Source: Yoonia sp. (GTDB lineage Bacteria; Pseudomonadota; Alphaproteobacteria; Rhodobacterales; Rhodobacteraceae). Taken from it: a DNA stretch of 64,000 nucleotides. Positions 1 through 9,211 of this stretch are shown here, in pieces. The stretch's first letter is position 1; the number at the start of each line of letters is the position of its first letter. Where the stretch lies: NCBI GenBank assembly GCA_965658825.1, contig CBFHTU010000010.1, positions 13,866 to 77,865 on the forward strand, given 5' to 3'. The translations under genes and the position numbers were made by a program. The notes under the pieces were generated by a model. It did not search any database, had not been told where the DNA came from, and saw only the letters and a program-made list of their open reading frames with translations.

Positions 1-27
1 AGCCATTTGTATTCTCCAATAAATAAG

Positions 28-54
28 GGGCCGTCCTCCAAGGGTGAGCGGCCC
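28..54 (-). terminator. weak candidate hairpin terminator after the hydrolase gene
   Basis: GGGCCG(28-33)/CGGCCC(49-54) form a 6-bp stem with a 15-nt loop. On the minus strand it is followed by CUUAUUUAUU. A GGAG plus ATG (minus, 6..4) just beyond it suggests another minus-strand gene starts at the window edge. Confidence 0.3.
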
Positions 55-127
55 GGTTAGTAAGCGGTGCTATAGGGGGGAATCGGGGGTATGGGAAGGG
101 GTAAACCAGCCCAAATCCCCCGATATC

Positions 128-847
128 CTAGGTAATTGGCGTGATTTGCGCCACTTTGAGCGCGCCATAGTGCGCGGCACCCGCAACACGGTGAAGGTCC
201 GCGCCATTTGGCAGGGCGCGGGCTATGGCTTCGGCCATCGCAATCGGTGCCCAAGTATCCGCCTCGCCATGCCAGATCTCGACAGGGCAGGCGACCATTT
301 GCAGCGCGCCCGCCCAATCGCCGGCATAGGCGCAAACCGCCTGCACGTAAGCCTTTGGGTGGGCGCGGAAACTATTTCGCAGGCCCGCCCGCAGGACTTT
401 GCGCACCTCAGGTTCCGCCACCAAGCGCCGCTCATACGGGCCTGCTTTGGCAAACAAACGGTCAAGCACAAAGTCGGGGGAGATGCGCAGGAGCAGCCCT
501 TGCAACCCCGTCAAACCCCGCAATGCCGCAGGCGCGCGCTTTGCTAAGCGAAACACGGTGCGCCCCGCCATAGCGGGCAGAAAATCCCCGAGGCTGAGCG
601 GCGCGGCAGGCGCAATTAACGTGACCTTGCCGACCTTTGCTGGTCGCGATGCGGCCAAGCGCAACGCCACCATCGCCCCAATGGAAAAGCCGACCAGATG
701 CACCGATCCGTCGGGGCTATCCTTGGTCAGCGTATCAAACTGCGCCAAAGGTGCGGCCTCAAAGAGATTCGGCGCGATTACATCCTCAAGACCCAAAAGC
801 GCCGCATCGCTCGGGCCTCCTGGTACGCCGTGGCAAAAGTAGATCAT
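128..847 (-). CDS. alpha/beta-fold hydrolase
   Basis: ORF 128..979(-) trimmed to the internal ATG (MIYFCHGVPGG...). It has an HG oxyanion-type motif and a GFSIGA nucleophile elbow (G-x-S-x-G). Confidence 0.8.
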   Translation of the reverse strand: MIYFCHGVPGGPSDAALLGLEDVIAPNLFEAAPLAQFDTLTKDSPDGSVHLVGFSIGAMVALRLAASRPAKVGKVTLIAPAAPLSLGDFLPAMAGRTVFRLAKRAPAALRGLTGLQGLLLRISPDFVLDRLFAKAGPYERRLVAEPEVRKVLRAGLRNSFRAHPKAYVQAVCAYAGDWAGALQMVACPVEIWHGEADTWAPIAMAEAIARALPNGADLHRVAGAAHYGALKVAQITPIT

Positions 848-1143
848 GGTTTTGGCCGTCAAAATCGCGCTCCTTCGCCGCATACATCCAACCCTCACAG
901 TTTGCGACACAAGCCGCACGACGAACTTCTGACATGCCTTAAAGCAGAAGAGACCGCGAGGCTCCATTACGATTGCCACGTCATTTCACCTGCAACGAAG
1001 ATCGCTTGGCCACCCGAGGGGGCATCTGATTGCCTGTCGCATCGCCCTTTATATCCGGATCAGGCAAGACAGCTTACGGCCAGCACAAAATCGCCCGCTC
1101 GAAAAACGAAATCCTCGCCGTGCAGACCCTGCGCAACTGGCAG

Positions 1144-1425
1144 ATGTCGGCCACGTTTCCGGCCATTCCCGTCGAAGACACCAAAGACCTGATATTTCTC
1201 AATAAATCCAACGATAAGTCGCGGGCCTCGGTGTTTTCCTTTAGTGGGCTGCGTTGCCTTTATCTCTCTGTGCCTTTGGTCCTGTGGATCCTCGGGCCGG
1301 CGTGGCTTTTGATCGTCGTGCTATTTCCGCTGGATTGGGCGCCGCGCTCAAACCGTAATTTGAAACTTGCTTTGGAAGAAAATCTGCGCCAGCACTCCGC
1401 CTATGTCCATTATCAGCGCCCTTAA
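1144..1425 (+). CDS. hypothetical small membrane protein (doubtful)
   Basis: Internal ATG of ORF 1030..1425 (MSATFPAIPVEDTK...). It has one strongly hydrophobic stretch (LYLSVPLVLWILGPAWLLIVVLFPL) and I recognise no family. Codon usage looks atypical, and it overlaps the likely MFS start. Confidence 0.25.
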   Translation: MSATFPAIPVEDTKDLIFLNKSNDKSRASVFSFSGLRCLYLSVPLVLWILGPAWLLIVVLFPLDWAPRSNRNLKLALEENLRQHSAYVHYQRP

Positions 1426-2554
1426 GATCTCTCGCCGTCCCGCCGCCGCTTTTGTGGTCGTGGGGCTATTCTGGGGCTGCTTTGCCGCCTTTGTTCCCGT
1501 CATCAAGGCACAGCTTGGGGCCAGTGACGCCCTGTTTGGCGTGCTTTTGTTGGGGTCGGCGACTGGATTGGTTTCGTCAATGTGGTTTGCGCCGAAGGCG
1601 GACAAGGTTTTCGGCGCGCGGGCGATGCAATTTGGCATCGGCTTTCTGGCGCTGGCATGGCTGGTGCCGCCCACGATGACGGTCCCGCTTGTTTTCGCAG
1701 CGACCATGGCGCTTGTCGGGACGGCTTCGGGGCTGCTGGACGTTGTGATGAATGCACGGGTGTCAGAGTTGGAGGCGACCCATAACCGCCCGCTGATGAA
1801 CGCCAATCATGCCATGTTTTCCGTGGCTTATGCGACATCTGCCACCATCACAGGTCTCGCTCGCGAGGCCCATATCCCCACGCTCTATGTCTTTGCCGGG
1901 TTCACTGTCGCCTCGCTGCTACTCATTCCCTTCATGCGTATGGAGGTGGCACAAATTGATCCTGACGCCGACACATCGGGGCGCTACCCACTGTGGCCGA
2001 TCCTGCTCGCGGGCGGTATCGTTTTGGTCGCTTTCATGTCCGAGGCAACGGTCGAGGCTTGGTCCGCGCTGCACATCGAGCGCACGCTTGGGGGGGGGGC
2101 CGCCGAAGGTGCGCTTGGACCCGCGATGCTTGGTTTCACCATGGCGTTCGGCCGGTTCTCGGGGCAGGCGGTCTCGGAGCGGATGCGCGATTTACACGTT
2201 TTGATTATCGCGGCCTGTATTTCGGCCACAGGTGCCGTGATCGCGGCCCTCGCGCCGACACCCTTTGTGGCCTATATCGGCTTCGGCACGCTGGGACTTG
2301 GTGTGTCGGTCATCGGCCCGCTGGGTCTGGCCATTGTCGGACGGATCGTGCCTGCGCATTTACGCACAGAGGCGATCAGCAAGGCCGCTGTGCTGGGCTT
2401 TTCCGGCTTTTTCCTTGCGCCCGTCGTCATGGGGCTGATCTCGGAAGCCTTTGGCCTGCGGGTCGCCTACGGCTTTGTTGCGGTCTTGATCCTCATGGCC
2501 ATCCCGCTGGCCCTGACGGTCGCGAAAATGCCGCGCGCGGACGGGAGGGGCTAG
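1403..2554 (+). CDS. MFS transporter
   Basis: ORF 1367..2554. The protein is hydrophobic throughout with about 12 predicted TM segments. Start chosen at ATG 1403 (MSIISALKISRRP); the TTG at 1367 is an alternative. Confidence 0.85.
   Translation: MSIISALKISRRPAAAFVVVGLFWGCFAAFVPVIKAQLGASDALFGVLLLGSATGLVSSMWFAPKADKVFGARAMQFGIGFLALAWLVPPTMTVPLVFAATMALVGTASGLLDVVMNARVSELEATHNRPLMNANHAMFSVAYATSATITGLAREAHIPTLYVFAGFTVASLLLIPFMRMEVAQIDPDADTSGRYPLWPILLAGGIVLVAFMSEATVEAWSALHIERTLGGGAAEGALGPAMLGFTMAFGRFSGQAVSERMRDLHVLIIAACISATGAVIAALAPTPFVAYIGFGTLGLGVSVIGPLGLAIVGRIVPAHLRTEAISKAAVLGFSGFFLAPVVMGLISEAFGLRVAYGFVAVLILMAIPLALTVAKMPRADGRG
2090..2099. repeat. G10 homopolymer inside the MFS coding sequence
   Basis: Ten consecutive G (ctt ggg ggg ggg gcc) encode LGGGA. 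It is the longest mononucleotide run I saw in the window. Confidence 0.9.
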
Positions 2555-3714
2555 GCCCACTCCCCCTCAAAGTCTTTGGGAACAAGCAAGATACTGCGAT
2601 CCACATCGTGAATATCGCGTTTGCCGCAGAGTGCCATTGTGGTGTCCAATTCCTTGTGGATCACCTCAAGTGCTTTGGTCACGCCAGCCTCGCCCATCGC
2701 GCCTAAACCGTTCACAAACGCACGGCCGATGTAGGTGCCTTTCGCGCCTAAAGCCATGGCCTTGAGCACGTCCTGACCAGAGCGGATACCGCCATCCATA
2801 TGGACCTCCACCTTGTCGCCGACGGCATCGAGAATGGCAGGCAACATGCGGATAGACGACAGCGCACCGTCCAGCTGGCGGCCACCGTGGTTGGACACGA
2901 TGATGGCATCTGCACCGAGCTTTGCCGCCATTTTGGCGTCTTCCACATCCATGATCCCCTTCAGGATCACCTTGCCGCCCCACATCTCCATCAGCTTGGC
3001 GATGCGGTTCCAGTCGAGCGCGTGGTCAAAGGCCTCTGCGGTCCAAGAGGCCAGCGATGACGGATCGGACACCCCCGCTGCATGGCCCACAATATTGCCG
3101 AAAAAGCGGCGCTTGGTGCCCAGCATTTTCAGACCCCAAGACCACTTTGTCGCAAGATCGGCCATAGACGCGATTGTGAATTTGGGCGGGGCGGAAAGGC
3201 CGTTTTTCAGGTCTTTGTGGCGCTGTCCCAAGATCTGCAAATCCAGCGTGATCACGATCGCAGAACAGCCCGCCGCACGTGCGCGTTCGAACAAGCGGCG
3301 CATGAAATCGTCGTCTTTGAGCGTATAGACCTGAAACCAGAAGGGCTTGGTCGTGTTCGCGGCTACATCCTCGATCGAGCAGATCGACATGGTTGAAAGC
3401 GTGAAAGGCACGCCAAATTTTTCGGCGGCTTTCGCGGCCTTGATCTCGCCGTCGGCGCATTGCATCCCCGTCAGCCCGACAGGGGCCAGCGCGACAGGCA
3501 TCGCCACATCCTGACCGATCATCTGCGACTTTGTGGTCCTGTTGGTCATATCGACCGCAACACGCTGGCGCAGTCGGATTTGATCAAAGTCTGACGTGTT
3601 CTCGCGGAAGGTTTGTTCGGTCCAGCTGCCGCTCTCTGCGTAGTCATAAAACATCTTCGGCGTGCGACGTTTATGGAGGCGCTTGAGGTCGGCAATTGTG
3701 GTAATCACGGGCAT
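2551..3714 (-). CDS. lldD: FMN-dependent alpha-hydroxy acid dehydrogenase, L-lactate dehydrogenase-like
   Basis: MPVITTIADLKRLHKRRTPKMFYDYAESGSW... plus the SNHGGRQLD motif. Start set at ATG 3714 (M15 of ORF 2551..3756). Confidence 0.9.
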   Translation of the reverse strand: MPVITTIADLKRLHKRRTPKMFYDYAESGSWTEQTFRENTSDFDQIRLRQRVAVDMTNRTTKSQMIGQDVAMPVALAPVGLTGMQCADGEIKAAKAAEKFGVPFTLSTMSICSIEDVAANTTKPFWFQVYTLKDDDFMRRLFERARAAGCSAIVITLDLQILGQRHKDLKNGLSAPPKFTIASMADLATKWSWGLKMLGTKRRFFGNIVGHAAGVSDPSSLASWTAEAFDHALDWNRIAKLMEMWGGKVILKGIMDVEDAKMAAKLGADAIIVSNHGGRQLDGALSSIRMLPAILDAVGDKVEVHMDGGIRSGQDVLKAMALGAKGTYIGRAFVNGLGAMGEAGVTKALEVIHKELDTTMALCGKRDIHDVDRSILLVPKDFEGEWA

Positions 3715-3733
3715 GATAGTCACTTTCTGGGTG

Positions 3734-3758
3734 AATTGGTCTATAACTTTTACCAATT
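3734..3758. promoter_or_regulatory. inverted repeat AATTGGT-N11-ACCAATT upstream of lldD
   Basis: Perfect 7-bp arms lie 20-44 nt upstream of the lldD start. Candidate operator; no regulator gene is adjacent. Statistical support is modest. Confidence 0.25.
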
Positions 3759-3831
3759 TTGCATAGTTGGCGCAAGCCGCAAAAATGGCGCCTCCGGCGG
3801 GAGTTTATGTGGACATAGAAAATAGGGGCGT

Positions 3832-4623
3832 TTACGCCGCGTGTGTGCCATCCGCGAGGGATTTGACGAAGGCCAGAATGTCAGACACGCTATCGCCTGC
3901 GCCGACCCGTTCGACAATTGCGGACCCGACGACGGCACCGTCGGCAATCGCCGCAATATCCTGCGCTGCCTGTGGTGTTTTGATCCCGAAGCCCACAATA
4001 ACCGGTAAATCGGTTTGCGATTTGATCCGCGCGACCTCTGGTCCGACATCGCCTGCCTGCGCCGCAGCCGTGCCTGTGATACCGGTGACGGAGACGTAAT
4101 AGACAAAGCCGGAGGTGTTTTGCAGCACTTTTGGCAAGCGCTTGTCATCGGTGGTCGGGGTTGCAAGGCGGATGAAGTTGATGCCCGCGGCTTGGGCGGG
4201 GATGCAAAGTTCAGCGTCTTCCTCGGGCGGCAAATCCACCACAATCAGCCCGTCGACCCCTGCTGCCTTTGCATCGACGAGAAACCTGTCGACGCCACGC
4301 GAATAGATCGGGTTGTAATAGCCCATCAAGACAATCGGTGTCGTATTGTCCGTTTTGCGGAACTCGCGGGCATATTGCAGCGTCTTTTCAAGGTTTTGAC
4401 CATTGGCCAAGGCGCGTTGCCCCGCGAGTTGGATCGTCGTGCCATCGGCCATTGGGTCGGTAAAGGGGATGCCAAGCTCGATAATGTCGACGCCTGCCGC
4501 AGGCAGCCCCATCACGATTTCTAGCCCTTTGTCATAATTCGGATCGCCCGCCATCACATAGGTCACGAAGGCTTTTTTGCCCTTAGCGTTCAGGTCTGCG
4601 AATTTGGCGTCGATGCGGCTCAT
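3832..4623 (-). CDS. trpA: tryptophan synthase alpha chain
   Basis: [28 protein letters not shown]... with [17 protein letters not shown]. Start at ATG 4623 (M22 of the ORF). Confidence 0.95.
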   Translation of the reverse strand: MSRIDAKFADLNAKGKKAFVTYVMAGDPNYDKGLEIVMGLPAAGVDIIELGIPFTDPMADGTTIQLAGQRALANGQNLEKTLQYAREFRKTDNTTPIVLMGYYNPIYSRGVDRFLVDAKAAGVDGLIVVDLPPEEDAELCIPAQAAGINFIRLATPTTDDKRLPKVLQNTSGFVYYVSVTGITGTAAAQAGDVGPEVARIKSQTDLPVIVGFGIKTPQAAQDIAAIADGAVVGSAIVERVGAGDSVSDILAFVKSLADGTHAA

Positions 4624-4686
4624 GGTCGTCCCCTTGGAAAATATCAATCGAGGTTTGAAACAAAGGGGAGCGGAAAGCAATCCCAA

Positions 4687-5097
4687 TCACGGCGCTTCGT
4701 CCGTACCAACCATCCAGCGAATGCCGAATTTGTCGGTCAATGTGCCAAATCCGGCGCTAAAAAACGTGGGCTCCCACTTCATGCGGACTTCACCAGCTTC
4801 CGAAAGCGCGTCAAAAATGCGCTTGGCCTCTTTCGCCGTCGGCAGGTTCACCATGACCGAGGCACCTTCCATAGCTGGACTATTTGCCATGAAGTCGTCT
4901 GACAGATAAATCCCGCTGTTTCCGATCTTCAGGTCGCAATGCATGATCCAGTTTTTTCGTTCTTCAGGAATATCCATCCCCGCAGGCGCGTCTTTCAATG
5001 TCATCAACGGCGGCAAAGGCACGCCAAAGATGTCGGCATACATCGTCGCCGCTTCCCGTGCTTGGCCATTGAAAAAGAGATAAGGTCTGATGTCCAT
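4687..5097 (-). CDS. VOC family protein (PhnB-like)
   Basis: [25 protein letters not shown]... is a typical PhnB/glyoxalase-fold N-terminus. 136 aa. Confidence 0.8.
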   Translation of the reverse strand: MDIRPYLFFNGQAREAATMYADIFGVPLPPLMTLKDAPAGMDIPEERKNWIMHCDLKIGNSGIYLSDDFMANSPAMEGASVMVNLPTAKEAKRIFDALSEAGEVRMKWEPTFFSAGFGTLTDKFGIRWMVGTDEAP

Positions 5098-5211
5098 TTT
5101 CGATCCTCCGGAATTCATTCTCGCACGGCCTACCTCAGTCTAGCACGGTTCGGCTTGCGGCAAATCAATTCTGACCATAGAAGTGCCGCCAAGCAAATAG
5201 GAGAGCGCGTC

Positions 5212-6309
5212 ATGGGTTTTAAAATGGGTATCGTGGGTCTGCCAAATGTTGGCAAATCGACCCTGTTCAACGCGCTGACAAAAACAGCCGCCGCTCAGGC
5301 TGCGAACTTCCCGTTTTGCACGATTGAACCCAACGTGGGCGACGTGGCTGTGCCTGATGCGCGCCTTGATAAACTGGCCGCAATTGCGGGCTCCAAGCAG
5401 ATCATCCCGACACGCATGACCTTTGTGGATATCGCGGGTCTGGTAAAGGGCGCGTCCAAGGGCGAGGGCTTGGGCAACCAGTTCCTTGCCAACATCCGCG
5501 AATGTGATGCCATCGCTCACGTCGTGCGCTGTTTTGAAGACGATGATATTACCCACGTCGAGGGCCGCGTTGATCCTGTTGCAGACGCAGAGGTCATCGA
5601 GACCGAACTGATGCTTGCAGATATGGAGTCTATTGAGAAACGCCTGCAAGGCCTGCAGCGCAAGGTGCGCGGCGGCGACAAAGATGCAGCCGATCAAGAG
5701 CGCCTGCTCAAGGCCGCTCTTGCTGCCCTGAACGAAGGCCGGCCAGCCCGTACCGTCACGGTTGACGCGGATGACGCAAAGCAGTGGCGCATGTTACAGC
5801 TTTTGACCTCCAAGCCTGTTCTTTACGTCTGCAACGTTGAAGAAGAGAGCGCGGGCAAGGGCAACGCCCGATCCGATGCTGTCGGGGTCATGGCCGCATC
5901 CCAAGGCAATTCTCACGTTGTGATCTCTGCCCGCATTGAAGAGGAGATCAGCCAACTCGACGCCGAAGAAGCAGAGATGTTCCTTGGCGAAATGGGGCTG
6001 GAGGAGGCAGGCCTCGATCGTCTGATCCGCGCGGGCTACGCACTCTTGCACCTGCAAACCTACTTTACGGTCGGTCCCAAAGAGGCGCGCGCTTGGACGA
6101 TCAAGGCAGGCACCTCCGCACCGCAAGCCGCAGGCGTCATCCACGGCGATTTCGAGCGCGGCTTCATCCGCGCCGAGACCATTGGCTACACCGATTTCGT
6201 GACCCTTGGCGGCGAACAAGGCGCAAAAGAAGCGGGCAAGATGAAAGCCGAGGGCAAGACCTACATCGTCAAAGATGGCGATGTGATGCACTTTTTGTTT
6301 AATACCTAA
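5212..6309 (+). CDS. ychF: redox-regulated ATPase YchF
   Basis: [23 protein letters not shown]... is a P-loop Obg-family GTPase/ATPase, 365 aa. The upstream part of ORF 4939..6309 is an arginine-rich artefact. Confidence 0.95.
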   Translation: MGFKMGIVGLPNVGKSTLFNALTKTAAAQAANFPFCTIEPNVGDVAVPDARLDKLAAIAGSKQIIPTRMTFVDIAGLVKGASKGEGLGNQFLANIRECDAIAHVVRCFEDDDITHVEGRVDPVADAEVIETELMLADMESIEKRLQGLQRKVRGGDKDAADQERLLKAALAALNEGRPARTVTVDADDAKQWRMLQLLTSKPVLYVCNVEEESAGKGNARSDAVGVMAASQGNSHVVISARIEEEISQLDAEEAEMFLGEMGLEEAGLDRLIRAGYALLHLQTYFTVGPKEARAWTIKAGTSAPQAAGVIHGDFERGFIRAETIGYTDFVTLGGEQGAKEAGKMKAEGKTYIVKDGDVMHFLFNT

Positions 6310-6330
6310 AGGTAAGGTACACATAGCGGC

Positions 6331-6355
6331 CGATCACGCGGGTGCCGCGTGATCG
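6331..6355 (+). terminator. hairpin after ychF
   Basis: CGATCACGCG(6331-40)/CGCGTGATCG(6346-55) form a 10-bp perfect stem. The downstream tract (AATTCGGCTTTGCTT) is only moderately U-rich. Confidence 0.5.
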
Positions 6356-6387
6356 AATTCGGCTTTGCTTCAGAATAGGATACTCGC

Positions 6388-6672
6388 ATGCCCCTCACCA
6401 TCCTTGCTCTCATCAACGTCGTCCCTGGCCGTGAGGCGCAATTGATCGCCTCGCTCACAACTCTCGCAGAGGCCTCCCGCAAGGAAGAAGGCTGCATCCA
6501 ATACGACATGCACCTCGACAACGAGGATCCGTCCTTCATCATGTTCTACGAGACATGGGCGACCAAAGATCTTTGGCTTGAGCACATGAAATCCGAACAC
6601 CTCAAAGTGCACAATGCCGCGACCGAGGGCTGCATTGCCAAGCTCGCCTTGCATGAGATGACTAAGCAATAA
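6388..6672 (+). CDS. antibiotic biosynthesis monooxygenase (ABM) domain protein
   Basis: 94-aa protein whose length and sequence pattern (EEGCIQYDMH...FIMFYETWATKDLWLEHMKSEH) are typical of YgiN-like ABM proteins. Confidence 0.85.
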   Translation: MPLTILALINVVPGREAQLIASLTTLAEASRKEEGCIQYDMHLDNEDPSFIMFYETWATKDLWLEHMKSEHLKVHNAATEGCIAKLALHEMTKQ

Positions 6673-6911
6673 GGGCAGCCTTGTTTGTGGCAAAAGCGGT
6701 GCGCACAGACGCGCACCCTGCGTTCACGTAACTGTAGCGCGATTATGGCTTTTCCGGTTCAATTCTAGATTGAGCATGGTGGCATTTTGGTTGGACACTC
6801 CCCAAATATAGTGAGTTTTGTGAAAAGTTCCCTAAAATTACTGGATTCCGAACACGATTTTGTCGCATTGCGAAGCGAATTAGAGCTTGCTGCAAATTAG
6901 GAGAAATTTAA

Positions 6912-7826
6912 ATGTCATCTGCATCTTTTACGATCCTGGGGGACGTGAACGTTGAGATCATCGTTACCGAAGTCATCGACCCCGTAACCGGTCTTACAAA
7001 TTTGGAATTTCAGGTCAATGTGCTTGATGAGACCGGCTCAATTGGCGATCTGAACGCCCTGTATTTCGACCTGGCGGACGATTCACTCACCAGCAGCCTT
7101 TCGGTTGACGGTGTTGATGTCACAGGGTCGGTATTCAAGGTTGATGGTGTCACCAAGATCGACAACTATACCAATATGAACGGCGAAGTGATCCAGGACC
7201 TCGGGCGCTTTGACGGTGGTATTCAGTTTGGCACCGCGGGCATTGGTGACGATGATATCCAAACCACAACCTTCACGCTATCGTCTGATGACACCTCGCT
7301 CAGCCTCGCAGACTTCAGCCTGCAAGACTTTGGCGTGCGCCTGACATCGGTCGGTGAAGAGGGCGGTAGCCGTGACGGTTCGTTGAAACTTGGCGGCACT
7401 GCACCCGAACTCGACGGCGGAGAGATACTGCCCGTTGCCGTTGGTGACCATCTGACCGTGATGGAAAACGAAATCTTCGGCCCAGACAATTTTGACATCC
7501 TCGACAGCGGCGAAAGCTCTTTGCTGGCCAACGACACGTTCGACGGTGGGGCCTATACGGGCCAGTTGATCGGCATAAACGGCGGTGACTTCGTGCTGGG
7601 CCAAATGGTTATGGGCAGCAACGGCGGCTACCTTTTCGTTTCTGCGGAAGGTCAATTCGACTTCTCGGCAAGCGACTTCTTGGGCACCAGCGACTTTGCC
7701 TATCTCAACGATGGCGAAACCGCTCAGACCACTTTCGAATACGCAATTGAAGGTGGCGCGACCGCTTTGTTGACTGTCGATGTTCTCGGGATCACCGGCG
7801 ATACAGGTGGTGGCCCATTGGGCTAA
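6912..7826 (+). CDS. hypothetical acidic protein with a C-terminal cadherin/VCBS-like module
   Basis: AGGAG lies 8 nt before the ATG. 304 aa, D/E/G/T-rich, only 6 K/R, no Cys or Trp, no N-terminal signal peptide. The C-terminal half (HLTVMENEI...LLANDTFDG...GETAQTTFEYAIEGGATALLTVDVLG) resembles repeat modules of large secreted adhesins. Confidence 0.7.
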   Translation: MSSASFTILGDVNVEIIVTEVIDPVTGLTNLEFQVNVLDETGSIGDLNALYFDLADDSLTSSLSVDGVDVTGSVFKVDGVTKIDNYTNMNGEVIQDLGRFDGGIQFGTAGIGDDDIQTTTFTLSSDDTSLSLADFSLQDFGVRLTSVGEEGGSRDGSLKLGGTAPELDGGEILPVAVGDHLTVMENEIFGPDNFDILDSGESSLLANDTFDGGAYTGQLIGINGGDFVLGQMVMGSNGGYLFVSAEGQFDFSASDFLGTSDFAYLNDGETAQTTFEYAIEGGATALLTVDVLGITGDTGGGPLG

Positions 7827-7845
7827 GGCTCGCAATCAAATGACA

Positions 7846-7875
7846 AACGCCCTTCGGTCTCCGGAGGGCGTTTTT
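7846..7875 (+). terminator. Rho-independent terminator (possibly bidirectional)
   Basis: AACGCCCTTCGG / CCGGAGGGCGTT form a 12-bp stem (one G-U pair) with a 3-nt loop, followed by T5. It lies 20 nt after the stop at 7826. Confidence 0.85.
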
Positions 7876-8197
7876 GTTTGTGACTACTCTCTGCCGCTCT
7901 GGCGCACGACAGCGATCGGGCCATAGCGCCGCCGCGCCTTCGCGGGTCACGTTGCGCGATGAGCTGAACACAGTCAGTTTATAAAACGCGATTTCTGGTC
8001 GCGGAGGTGACAACGGCGGCATGATCGTCGCGTCCGAGAATGGCAGCTGAATATTCCGCCCCGGATGCATTTTCGCCACCTCAAATCCCGTGAAGTTGGT
8101 CCGCACTCTGTGCCGGCGCGGCGCATCCTGCGTGTATCGCACATTTTCCCCACATTTCGCCTTGCTCCTCCCAAAACCTCCGGCTAAACGGGTGAGT

Positions 8198-8285
8198 GGA
8201 GACGTGGCCGAGTGGTCGAAGGCGCTCCCCTGCTAAGGGAGTATACCGCAAGGTATCGAGGGTTCGAATCCCTTCGTCTCCGCCA
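8198..8285 (+). tRNA. tRNA-Ser (anticodon GCU)
   Basis: Acceptor GGAGACG/CGTCTCC; anticodon arm CTCCC-CT-GCT-AA-GGGAG; long variable arm; GGTTCGAATCC T-loop; encoded CCA. Confidence 0.95.
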
Positions 8286-8524
8286 ATACCCTTTGATTTC
8301 ATTGGATATTACGGCGTTTTTTTCAAATACCCGCCTTGAAATTTGCACGGCATGACTACTCATGGCCATCTTACCCCTAAACCCAGTTCTAGTGTCGCAA
8401 TTGAAGGAAAATTCAACACTCACTACGAGAGGTTGCGCAGTTCCTCAGTATTTGCAGGGCGAGTTTGCTTTACTTGGGGCAACGCCACGGTTACGAATTC
8501 ATTGCAAAATCCGAAGGCCCCCAC

Positions 8525-9211
8525 ATGAAGCGCTCCAGCATCAACGACATCATGGCCGAAGCGGACGATATTATTCGTCGGCACGGTTTTCATTTGCCAC
8601 CTTTTGCCTATTGGACACCTGACGAGTTCGTGGCGAAAAAAGATATCGCGCGTGGCGTGATTGATGCCCGCAACGGCTGGGATATCACCGATTATGGCGC
8701 TGGGCGTTACGATGAGATGGGCTTGTTTCTATTTACCCTGCGCAACGGTCGCCAAGCGGATCTGGCGCGCGGGGGCGGCATGTGCTACGCGGAGAAGCTA
8801 TTGATTTCCAAGCAAGATCAGCTTTCACCGATGCACACGCATGCGCTGAAGGCCGAAGATATTATCAACCGTGGCGGCGCCACTTTGGTGGTTGAGCTTT
8901 TCGGCTCTGACGCGGACGGCAACTTTGATACAGCCAAAGGCGGCACGGTTTTTTGCGACGGTATCCGGCGCGATTTTGCTGCCGGTGAAAAGCTGAAGCT
9001 TGCCCCCGGCGAGAGCGTCACTCTGATGCCCGGCGACTGGCACGCGTTCTGGGGTGAGGGCGGGGAAGTGCTCATCGGCGAGGTCTCGACGGTCAATGAC
9101 GACGAAACCGACAACATTTTTCGCGAACCGATTGGCCGCTTTGCCCAGATCGAAGAAGACGTTGCCCCGACGCATTTGCTGGTCAGCGATTACAGCAAGT
9201 GGCTGGCATGA
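8525..9211 (+). CDS. D-lyxose/D-mannose ketol-isomerase family (cupin) protein
   Basis: Start at ATG 8525 (MKRSSINDIM...). SPMHTHALKAEDIINRGGATLVVEL resembles the lyxose isomerase cupin core. Confidence 0.7.
   Translation: MKRSSINDIMAEADDIIRRHGFHLPPFAYWTPDEFVAKKDIARGVIDARNGWDITDYGAGRYDEMGLFLFTLRNGRQADLARGGGMCYAEKLLISKQDQLSPMHTHALKAEDIINRGGATLVVELFGSDADGNFDTAKGGTVFCDGIRRDFAAGEKLKLAPGESVTLMPGDWHAFWGEGGEVLIGEVSTVNDDETDNIFREPIGRFAQIEEDVAPTHLLVSDYSKWLA

Noticed and set aside
1-6. Start of another minus-strand gene at the left edge (GGAG-N7-ATG, ATG at 6..4).
   Set aside because: Only two codons are inside the window, so it cannot be evaluated.
4939-5211. N-terminal extensions suggested by the ORF track: ychF from 4939, ABC ATPase from 12606, add from 38982, sulfotransferase from 46044, second PaaI from 56898, hmgA from 14130.
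   Set aside because: The extensions overlap upstream genes, are Arg-rich nonsense, and precede canonical conserved N-termini that coincide with RBS or stop-start overlaps.
7792-8142. 116-aa minus-strand ORF as a real gene.
   Set aside because: It translates through the 12-bp terminator stem and overlaps the 3' end of the acidic-protein gene. It has no RBS and an Arg/Pro-rich composition.
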